NCBI GenBank assembly: GCA_032718475.1
Contig: JAUCBJ010003607.1
Span: forward strand, 1 to 48,491
Length of the DNA: 48,491 bases
Source: Nemertoderma westbladi
Taxonomy: Eukaryota > Animalia > Xenacoelomorpha
Reading direction: 5' to 3'
In this document: in pieces, positions 9,662-19,959 of the stretch
Layout: each line of letters opens with the position of its first letter
Position numbering within the stretch: the first letter of the stretch is position 1
The notes under the pieces: model-generated
Databases searched by the model: none
What the model was told of the DNA's origin: nothing
Seen by the model: only the letters and a program-made list of their open reading frames with translations
Translations under genes and position numbers: made by a program

Positions 9662-11045
9662 ATTGAGAGCAGTTCTTATGTGTGAAGTTTAGTGGCCACT
9701 GTGGGCTTCCGTAATCCTTCAGTATATGGGCTACTTTAAGACTATGACATAAATTTTGAGTTTCAGTTATAGGCTGATAGGAGTTTTATCTACCCACTGC
9801 ATAGTATTGCATTATATTGCAGTATTGTGTATTACATATTATACGAACTGTAGCCTATTTCTACTTGTAAGCCAGTCAAAATCTACATGAATCAAAGTTC
9901 TGTCAATCATTTCGTACTCACCACAGAACCAAGGCCGCTAGTGATTGACACTGTAGCGGCGCATATTTCGGTCCCATTGCATTTGCTTACAATTATTATA
10001 TTTATATACAAGTGTAGTGTACCGTACGTAGTGTATACTACAGTACTACACTGGTACCTATACACGTTTATCACTCGTTTGTACTCTTTTGTAGGCCTAC
10101 TATTTTTGCACTCTTTTGTACTATTTTTGCACTTTATTACAATAAAGTACAATATAGTAAAATAAAGTAAATTACGAATTAAAATATATTAATTTAAGTA
10201 AATTAAGTAAATATTAATTAGTAAATTAACAATAAAGTAAAATAGTACAATATAGTACAAAAGAGTAGGCCTACAGGCCTACTCTTTTGTACTTTTTTGT
10301 ACAGATTCGTCGGACCGCCCAAAATACGGCAGTACGGGGCAGGGCAGATGCTGGCTGAGGCTGATATGGACTTGCTGACTTAGGGCGAATAAGTTAGACT
10401 CACCTTTTAACCTTTAGAACAGTAGAATGATGTTAGGCCTACTGCTGTACTGCGCAGCGCTTGATACTTCTGTACTTGGTACTTGAAGTCGCAGTTTGCT
10501 GTGTAGTCCAGTCTGCAAGTGGGCTAGGCCCTACTAAATCCAAACGCTACTTCTACAGTTCTACGACTTCTGAATTGGAATTCCTTGCTGAGTTGCTTCG
10601 GGTCCAATCTGGTAATCCAGTAATCTAATGCCAGAATGCAGAATGCTGTATGTACCCTGTAGTACCTGTAATGCAGTACCGGTACAGCAGTAAATGCACA
10701 CGTTTCGCTGTCAGACCACAGGCTGATACCAGAGACAGTCGACGTCAGACAGTGATTATTGGTATCGGTTACCGGTTACCGCTATTTAATAGCTCGTTTA
10801 GTTTTCAAGTTATAACTATTTCCATTTAGGGAATCCTATTGAAATTACTATTACTATGTATAATGAAAGGTCGATTATCTCCAAATATTTTTTTTATGAA
10901 ATTGTCAACTTCAAAACCCTACTACTTCTACAATTTTTGAGCAATTAGTCTGAAACTTTCTGTGGGTGTCTATTAGCCACCCTGCATAAAAGTATCAGAC
11001 AACTTTTCGAAATTTTTTGTTAATAAAATTTAATACTATTTATAA

Positions 11046-12866
11046 CGAGAAAGGCATTTCCTAAAGGAAATGCAACCACGAAGCTAAGGAAAATTAAACA
11101 AACGGCCACACTTTGGTTCGTTGCTTAGCTTCGTTTAGTAGCATTTGTCAATAAATTAACTTCTATTCCCATGGAAACTAGAGTTCTCTGGAACTGTTGC
11201 TTTAACCTTTGAAAAAAAAATCAGTACAGATTGTGGTTCAGATAACACATATACTGAGTTTCAGAAAATATTGTAGTTTATGTCCAAATTACCGATTTTC
11301 TATCAAAATGCATCTGTTTGCAGTGGTTGTCATGGAAACTGAAAAATAGAACAATGTAATTCGGATGCAGAATAAGTCATATAGTGGGGGTAGGTCTTGG
11401 TCCCAAGTCATAATACTATTAACTTGTACTTCAAATTATCATTTTATAAATTTTAACATCTGTTCAGACTTGTTGCTATGGTAACTGTATTTTCTAATTA
11501 GCCTCAAACGGCTTGGATATGGATCTTATAGATGAGTTGCAAAACCCCAAGTTTATATATATTACAGTTTTGCTACAAATAGAGTTATCAATATAGACTT
11601 GAATGATATAGAGTTTAATAAACTACAGTTACCATGGTAACTAAATTTCTGGAATAATTTAAGTTTCACTAAAAGTTCCAACTAGTGGTCCAGATAACAC
11701 ATACCCAGTTTTGTAAAATTTTATCGCGAAGTCTATGTCCAAATGAATAATTTTTGTATAAAAACATCTGTTTACTGCGGTTGTCATGGTAACTGAAGAA
11801 TAGAACAATGTAATTCGGATGCAGAATAAGTTATATAGTGGGGGTCTATCAAAATGCATCTGTTTGCAGTGGTTGTCATGGAAACTGAAAAATAGAACAA
11901 TGCAATTCGGATGCAGAATAAGTCATATAATGGGGGTAGGTGTTGGTCCCAAGTCATAATACTATTAACTTGTGCTTCAAATTATCATTTTATAAATTTT
12001 GACATCTGTTTAGTCTTGTTGCGATGGTAATTGGATTGTGTAAATAACCTCGAACGGCTTGTACAGTATATGGACCTTATAGATGAGTTGAAAAACCCCA
12101 AGTTTATATATATTACAGTTTTGCTACAAATCGAGTTATGAATATAGACATGAATAATATAGACTTTAATAAACTACAGTTACCATGGTAACTAGATATT
12201 TCTGGAATGATTTGAGTTTCACTAAAAGTTCCAACTAGTGGTCCAGATAACACATACCCAGTTTCGTAAAATTTTAACATGAAGTCTATGTCCAAATGAA
12301 TAATTTTTGTATAAAAACATCTGTTTTCAGCGGTTGTCATGGTAACTGCAAAATAAAACAATCAAATTCGGATGCAGAATAAGTTATATAGTGGGGGTAG
12401 GGGTTGGTCCCAAGACATAACACCTTGTCCTTAGACTTCAAATTATCATTTTAAAAATTTTAACATCTGTCTAGCCCGGTTGCCCTGGTAACTGGATTTT
12501 CTATTTAACCTCAATCGGCTCTGCTATGGACCTTATAGTTGTGTTGAGAAACCCCAAGGTTATATGTATTATAGTTTTCCTACAAATAGAGTTACAAGTA
12601 TTGACTTGAAATACATAGACTTTTTTCTAAGTCCGTTGCCATGGAAACCAGATTTTTCCTGGATATGAGACCCATCCCACACGACGCGCCTTGATGAGTT
12701 GTATATACATGCAAAATTTCAGGGTACTTTTAAAGGCTAGTTTTTTCACCTATCAAAAAACACTAAATCTGCTCCATACAAGTAAAACAGCCCACTATGA
12801 ATAGACCATCTCAGCTAAGGAAAATCTTTCTTAGCGAAAGTAGTTGATTTTCCTTAGCTTCGTGGA
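11046..12866 (-). mobile_element. Non-autonomous Helitron copy A (1821 bp, internal ~0.55-kb duplication)
   Basis: Minus strand starts TCCACGAAGCTAAGG and ends hairpin GCATTTCC-TTTA-GGAAATGC + CTTTCTCG. Inserted at A|T with no TSD. Confidence 0.85.
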
Positions 12867-12962
12867 TAATGCACCATTGAATGGTGTTTCCAAATCTGAA
12901 AACCGCTATTTAATAGCTCATTTAGTTTTCAAGTTATAACTATTTCCATTTAGGGAATCCTA

Positions 12963-14239
12963 CGAGAAAGGCATTTCCTAAAGGAAATGCAACCACGAAG
13001 CTAAGGAAAATTAAACAAACGGCCACACTTTGGTTCGTTGCTTATAGCCTAGTTTAGTAGCAATTGCCAATAATTTACGTCTATTCCCATGGAAACTAGA
13101 GTTCTCTGAAACTGTGGGTTTTACCTTTGAAAAAAGATTCAGTCCAGATTGTGGTTCAGATTATAACACATATACCGAGTTTCAGAAAATATTGTAGTTT
13201 ATGTCCAAATTACCGATTTTCTATCAAAATGCATCTGTTTGCAGTGGTTGTCATGGAAACTGAAAAATATAATAATGTAATTCGGATGCAGAATAAGTCA
13301 TATAGTGGGGGTAGGTCTTGGTCCCAAGTCATAATACTATTAACTTGTGCTTCAAATTATCATTTTATAAATAGTAACATCTGTTTAGTCTTGTTGCTAT
13401 GGTAACTGTACTTTCTAATTAACCTCAAACGGCTTGGATGGATATGGAAATTATAGATGAGTTACAAAACCCCAAGTTTATATATATTACAGTTTTGCTA
13501 GAAATAGAGTTATCAATATAGACTTGAATGATATAGAGTTTAATAAACTACAGTTACCATGGTAACTAAATTTCTGGAATGATTTAAGTTTCACTAAAAG
13601 TTCCAACTAGTGGTGCAGATAACACATACCCAGTTTTGTAAAATTTTATCGCGAAGTCTATGTCCAAATGAATAATTTTTGTATAAAAACATCTGTTTTC
13701 GGCTGTTGTCATGGTAACTGAAAAATAGAACAATGTAATTCGGATGCAGAATAAGTTATATAGTGGGGGTAGGGGTTGGTCTCAAGTCATAACACCTTGC
13801 CCTTAGGCCTCAAATTATCATTTTATAAATTTTAACATCTGTTTATCCCGGTTGCCAACGTAACTGGATTTTCTATTTAGCCTCAATCGGATCTGCTATG
13901 GACCTTATAGTTGTGTTGCGAAACCAAAAAGTTTAAATCTATTATAGTTTTCCTACAAATAGAGTTATAAATATTGACTTGAAATACATAGACTTTTTTT
14001 GAAGTCCGTTGCCATGGAAACCAGATTTTTCCTGGATATGAGACCCGGCCCAAAAGATGCGCCTCGCCGAGTAGTATATACATGCAAAATTTCAGGGTAC
14101 TTTTAAAGGCTAGTTTTTTCGCCTATCAAAAAACCCCAAATCTGCCTCACACAAGTAAAATAGCCCACTATGAATAGACCATCTCAGCTAAGGAAAATCT
14201 TTCTTAGCGAAAGTAGTTGATTTTCCTTAGCTTCGTGGA
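12963..14239 (-). mobile_element. Non-autonomous Helitron copy B (1277 bp)
   Basis: Same 5'-TC / hairpin / CTCG-3' termini as copy A. Confidence 0.85.
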
Positions 14240-14652
14240 TACTACTCGGCGAGACGCATCTTTTGGGCCGGGTCTCATATCCAGGAAAAATCTGGTTTCC
14301 ATGGCAACGGACTTAGAAAAAAGTCTATGTATTTCAAGTCAATATTTGTAACTCTATTTATATGAAAACTATAATAGATATAAACTTGGGGTATCTCAAC
14401 ACAACTATAAGGTCCATAGCAGAGCCGATTGAGGTTAAATAGAAAATCCAGTTACCTTGGCAACCGGGCTAAACAGATGTTAAAATTTTTAAAATGTTAA
14501 TTTGAAGCCTAAGGTTAAGGTGTGATGACTTGGGACCAATCCCTACCCCCACTATATAACTTATTCTGCGTCCGAATTTGATTGTTCTATTTTGCAGTTA
14601 CCTTGACAACCGCTGAAAACAGATGTTTTTATACGAAAATTATTCATTTGTA
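14240..14652 (+). mobile_element. Inverted internal fragment (C) of the same Helitron family
   Basis: Reverse complement of the family segment represented by ~13665-14076; neither terminus is present. Confidence 0.85.
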
Positions 14653-15916
14653 CTAGAAAGGCATTTCCTAAAGGAAATGCAACCACGAAGCTAAGGAAAA
14701 TTAAACAAAGGGCCACAATTTGGTTTGTTGCTTAGCCTAGTTTAGTAGCATTTGCCAATAAATAACTTCTATTCCCATGGAAACTAGAGTTCTCTGGAAC
14801 TGTTGGTTTTACCTTTGAAAAAAGATTCAGTCCAGATTGTGGTTCAGATAACACATACGAGTTTCAGAAAATATTGTAGTTTATGTCCAAATTACAGATT
14901 TTCTATCAAAATGCATCTGTTTGCAGTGGTTGTCATGGAAACTGAAAAATAGAACAATGTAATTCGGATGCAGAATAAGTCATATAGTGGGGGTAGGGGT
15001 TAATCCCAAGTCATAATACTATTAACTTGTGCTTCAAATTATCATTTTATTAATTTTAACATCTGTTTAGTCTTGTTGCTATGGTAACTGGATTTTCTAA
15101 TTAACTTCGAACGGCTTGTATATGGACCTTATAGATGAGTTGCAAAACCCCAAGTTTATATATATTACAGTTTTGCTACAAATAGAGTTATCAATATAGA
15201 TTTGAATGATATAGAGTTTAATAAACTACAGTTACCATGGTAACTAAATTTCTGGAATAATTTAAGTTTCACTAAAAGTTCCAACTAGAGGTCCAGATAA
15301 CACATACCCAGTTTTGTAAAATTTTATCGTGAAGTCTATGTCCAAATGAATAAGTTTTGAATAAAAACATCTGTTTTCAGCGGTTGTCATGGTAACTGAA
15401 AAATAGAACAATGTAATTCAGATGCAGAATAAGTTATATAGTAGGGGTAGGGGTTGGTCCCAAGTCATAACACCTTGCCTTTAGGCCTCAAATTTACATT
15501 TTATAAATTTTAACATCTGTTTATCCCGGTTGCTAAGGTAACTGGATTTTCTATTTAGCCTCAATCGGATCTGCTATGGACCTTATAGTTGAGTTGAGAA
15601 ACCCCAAGTTTATATCTATTATAGTTTTCCTACAAATAGAGTTATAAATATTGACTTGAAATACATAGACTTTTTTTGAAGTCCGTTGCCATGGAAACCA
15701 GATTTTTCCTGGATATGAGACCCGGCCCAAAAGATGCGCCTCGTCGAGTAGTATATACATGCAAAATTTCAGGGTACTTTTAAAGGCTAGTTTTTTCACC
15801 TATCAAAAAAAAACAAATCTGCCTCATACAAGTAAAATAGCCCACTATGAATAGACCATCTCAGCTAAGGAAAATCTTTCTTAGCGAAAGTAGTTGATTT
15901 TCCTTAGCTTCGTGGA
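14653..15916 (-). mobile_element. Non-autonomous Helitron copy D (1264 bp)
   Basis: 5'-TC...hairpin...CTAG-3' on the minus strand. Confidence 0.85.
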
Positions 15917-15934
15917 TTGAAATTACTGTTACTA

Positions 15935-16879
15935 CGAGAAAGGCATTTCCTAAAGGAAATGCAACCACGAAGCTAAGGAAAATTAAACAAACGGCCACAC
16001 TTTGGTTCGTTGCTTGCTTAGCCTCGTTTAGTAGCAATTGTCAATAATTAACTTCTATTCCCATGGAAACTAGAGTTCGCTGGAACTGTTGCTTTAACCT
16101 TTGAAAAAAAATTCAGTACAGATTGTGGTTCAGATAACACATGTACTGAGTTTTAGAAAATATTGTAGTTTATGTCCAAATTACCGATTTTCTATCAAAA
16201 TGCATCTGTTTGTAGTGGTTGTCATGGAAACTGAAAAATAGAACAATGTAATTCGGATGCAGAATAAGTCATATAGTGGGGGTAGGTGTTGGTCCCAAGT
16301 CATAATACTATTAACTTGTGCTTCAAATTATCATTTTATAAATTTTAATATCTGTTTAGTCTTGTTGCTATGGTGACTGGAATTTCTAATTAACCTCGAA
16401 CGGCTTGGATATGAACCTTATAGTTGAGTTGAGAAATTCAGGCTTAGGCTTCAAATTAACATTTTATAAATTTTAACATCTGTTTATCCCGGTTGCCAAG
16501 GTAACTGGATTTTCTATTTAGCCTCAATCGGATCTGCTATGGACCTTATAGTTGTGTTGCGAAACCCCAAGTTTATATCTATTATAGTTTTCCTACAAAT
16601 AGAGTTATAAATATTGACTTGAAATACATAGACTTTTTTTGAAGTCCGTTGCCATGGAAACCAGATTTTTCCTGGATATGAGACCCGGCCCAAAAGATGC
16701 GCCTCGTCGAGTAGTATATACATGCAAAATTTCAGGGTACTTTTAAAGGCTAGTTTTTTCGCCTATCAAAAAACCCCAAATCTGCCTCACACAAGTAAAA
16801 TAGCCCACTATGAATAGACCATCTCAGCTAAGGAAAATCTTTCTTAGCGAAAGTAGTTGATTTTCCTTAGCTTCGTGGA
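15935..16879 (-). mobile_element. Non-autonomous Helitron copy E (945 bp, internal deletion)
   Basis: 5'-TC...CTCG-3'; inserted at host TACTA|TGTA. Confidence 0.85.
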
Positions 16880-16883
16880 TGTA

Positions 16884-18139
16884 CTAGAAAGGCATTTCCT
16901 AAAGGAAATGCAACCACGAAGCTAAGGAAAATTCAACACTCTTTGACTCATCACTTCATTGCTTTACAGAGTTAAGAGGCATATGCCTTTAAAACTCATT
17001 ACCATGGCAACCGGAGTTTTCTAGAACTGCTGAGGATTACATTAAGATCCGGTTTGTGGTTCCAGGTGACACATACTTCAATTCAGTTTCATTGAGTAGT
17101 TAATGTGTAAAACAAAGGATTTAATTGTTAAAACGTCTGTTTGTAGTGGTTGTCATGGAAACTGAAAAATGCGACAAATTAAATTGGATGCGTAATTAGT
17201 GATATAGTGGGGGTAGGGATTGGTCCCAAGTCGTAATACCTTAATGTTATGCTTCAAATAACCATTTTATAAATTTGAACATCTGTTTAGCATGGTTGCC
17301 CTGGTAACTGGATTTTCTAATTAACCTGAATCAGCTCGACTATTGTCCTTATCATTGAGTTGAGAAACCCCAAGTTTATATCTATTGCGGTTATTCTATA
17401 AATAGAGTTATGAATATAGACTTGAATGATATAATCAGTAATAAACTCCAGTTACCACGGTAACTAGATATTTCTGGAATGTTTTTTAGTTTCACTAAAA
17501 GTTCCAACTAGTGGTCTAGTTAACACATAACTAGTTTCGTAACATTTTATAGCGAAGTCTATGTCCAAATTAGTAATTTTTGTATAAAAACATCTGTTTA
17601 CAGCGGTTGTCATGGTAACTGCAAAATAGAACAATCAAATTCGGACGCAGAATAAGTTATATAGTGGGGGTAGGGGTTGGTCCCAAGTCATAACACCTTA
17701 ACCTTAGGCTTCAAATTAACATTTTATAAATTTTAACATCTGTTTAGCCCGGTTGCCAAGGTAACTGAATTTTCTATTTAACCTCAATCGGCTCTGCCAT
17801 GGACCTTATAGTTGAGTTGAGAAACCCCAAGTTTATATCTATTATAGTTTTTCTACAAATAGAGTTATAAAGATTGACTTGAAATACATAGACTTTTTTC
17901 TAAGTCCGTTGCCATGGAAACCAGATTTTTCCTGGATATGAGACCCATCCCACACGATGCGCCTCGACGAGTAGTATATACATGCAAACTTTCAGGGTAC
18001 TTTTAAAGGCTAGTTTTTTCACCTATCAAAAAACCCCAAATCTGCCTCATACAAGTAAAATAGCCCACTATGAATAGACCATCTCAGCTAAGGAAAATCT
18101 TTCTTAGCGAAAGTAGTTGATTTTCCTTAGCTTCGTGGA
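16884..18139 (-). mobile_element. Non-autonomous Helitron copy F (1256 bp, divergent subfamily)
   Basis: 5'-TC...CTAG-3'; inserted at host TGTA|TAATG. Sequence next to the 3' end differs from A/B/D/E. Confidence 0.85.
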
Positions 18140-18318
18140 TAATGAAAGGTCGATTATCTCCAAATATTTTTTTTATGAAATTGTCAACTTCAAAACCCTA
18201 ATACTTCTACAATTTTTGAGCAATTAGTCTGAAACTTTCTGTGGGTGTCTACATAGCCACCCTGCATAAAAGTATCAGACAACTTTTCGAAATTTTTTGT
18301 TAATAAAATTTAATACTA

Positions 18319-19570
18319 CTAGAAAGGCATTTCCTAAAGGAAATGCAACCACGAAGCTAAGGAAAATTAAACACTCTTTGACTCATCAGTTCATTGATTT
18401 ACCGAGTTAAAAGAACTCCCGGTATTGCCAAGGTAACTGGACTTTTCTAGAGATGCTGAGTTTTACATTAAGATCTAGTTTGTGGTTCCAGGTGACACAT
18501 CGACTTCAAGGAAGCTTCATTGAGTAGTTTATGTGCAAAATTAATTATTAATTTGTTAAAAAGTCTGTTTGCAGTGGTTGTCAAGGTAACTGGCAAATAG
18601 AACAACGTAGATTGGATGCAGAATAAGTGATATTATGGTGGTAGGGGTTGGTCCCAAGTCATAATGCCTTTAACTTGTGTTACTAATTATAATTTTTTAA
18701 ATTATAACATCTGTTTAGCCTGGTTACCAAGGTAACTGGATTTTCTAATTAACCACAATTGGCTCCTCTAAGGACCTTCCTTATAGTTGAGTTGGGAAAC
18801 CCAATATTTATATCTAATACAGTTTTCCTACAAACAAGAGTTAAAAATATAGACTTGAATGATATTGACTTTAATAAGCTCCAGTTACCATGGTAACTAG
18901 ATATTTCTGGAATGTTTTGAGTTTCACTAAAAGTTCCAACTAGTGGTCCAGATAACACATACCCAGTTTTGTAAAATTTTATCGTGAAGTCTATGTTCAA
19001 ATGAGTTATTTTTGTATAAAAACATATGTTTTCAGCGGTTGTCATGGTAACTGCAAAATATAACAATCAAATTCGGAAGCAGAATAAGTTATATAGTGGG
19101 GGTAGGGATTGGTTCCAAGTCATCACACCTTAACCTTAGGCTTCAAATTAACATTTTAAAAATTTTAACATCTGTTTAGCCCGGTTGCCAAGGTAACTGG
19201 ATTTTCTATTTAACCTCAATCGGCTCTGCTATGGACCTTATAGTTGTGTTGAGAAACCCCAAGTTTATATGTATTATAGTTTTCCTACAAATAGAGTTAC
19301 AAATATTGACTTGAAATACATAGACTTTTTCTAAGTCTGTTGCCATGGTAACCAGATTTTTCCTGGATATGAGACCCATCCCACACGACGCGCCTTGATG
19401 AGTTGTATATACATGCAAAATTTCAGGGTACTTTTAAAGGCTAGTTTTTTCACCTATCAAAAAACCCCAAATCTGCCTCATACAAGTAAAATAGCCCACT
19501 ATGAATAGACCATCTCAGCTAAGGAAAATCTTTCTTAGCGAAAGTAGTTGATTTTCCTTAGCTTCGTGGA
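18319..19570 (-). mobile_element. Non-autonomous Helitron copy G (1252 bp, F-like subfamily)
   Basis: 5'-TC...CTAG-3'; inserted at host TAATACTA|TTTATAA. Confidence 0.85.
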
Positions 19571-19702
19571 TTTATAACAAACCTAAAATTTTGCATAAAT
19601 TTGCAGCGCCACCTAGCGGTGCAGAAATATTTTCACAAAATTTCGCCTGATAGTTATGTTGCCCTACTACTAGGATCGGCATGCTGCATTGCAGCTGCAT
19701 TT

Positions 19703-19910
19703 TTAAGAATGCTGTGCCGGCTTGTCAACAAAATTGCACCGCCACAACTCCCTATCACCCATGACATTTGCTAGATCATCCGCATATTTAAGGCCAGTGT
19801 CCTTTAAGATGCGTCTCAAGAAAGTCATGGGCTGTCCACCATGCTTATTCACTCCATGAGGCTGCCAAAGTACAAGATTATGCACTGGCTGGTCCTCACG
19901 GCGAAAGCAA
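19703..19910 (-). mobile_element. RTE-like LINE 3' fragment (second family)
   Basis: HNLVLWQP.G...GGQPMTF...LKDTGL...LANVMGDRELWR is a typical RTE ORF C-terminus. Related copy at 46365-46468. Confidence 0.75.
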
Positions 19911-19959
19911 AGGGGAAACTAATGGAACTTTGGAACACCTCCAATGTTGTATAGAGTCT

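Larger units (their letters stand above)
4307..9713. mobile_element. IS3EU-like DNA transposon (5407 bp): TIRs, subterminal minisatellites, HECT gene and DDE transposase, 7-bp TSD ATCCTTC
   Basis: TIR TACGGAAGCCCACAGTGGCCACTAA.CTTCACACATAAGAACTGCTCTCAATATGTGTGAGAGG at 4307, reverse complement ending 9713. ATCCTTC at 4300-4306 and 9714-9720. TAY..RTA ends plus an integrase-like ORF fit IS3EU as recalled. Confidence 0.88.
3831..10317. mobile_element. Non-autonomous TIR element (host of the IS3EU-like insertion), 8-bp TSD CCCAAAAT
   Basis: Left GGGTCCGACGAATTTGTACAAAAAAGTACAAAA; right TTTTGTACTTTTTTGTACAGATTCGTCGGACCG. Inner arms 3895-3954 and 10074-10138 are also inverted. CCCAAAAT at 3823-3830 and 10318-10325. 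Confidence 0.8.
10779..19703 (+). mobile_element. Host repeat (~0.7 kb once insertions are removed; two ~300-bp tandem units; possible Helentron/HINE-type) split by Helitron insertions
   Basis: Pieces 12903-12962, 15917-15934, 16880-16883 and 18140-18318 rebuild a colinear second copy of 10779-11038. The end TCGGCATGCTGCATTGCAGCTGCATTTTT resembles hairpin ends at 46328-46352 and (inverted) 45913-45937. Confidence 0.6.

Noticed and set aside
11659-19418. Recurrent 60-105 aa ORFs in the Helitron array
   Set aside because: They recur only because the DNA is repeated; start, stop and frame are not conserved and there are no Rep/helicase motifs.
11046-19570. Simple tandem satellite or cut-and-paste TIR element interpretation
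   Set aside because: Spacers are colinear host sequence, there is no TSD, and the inverted repeat is asymmetric with TC/CTAG ends.
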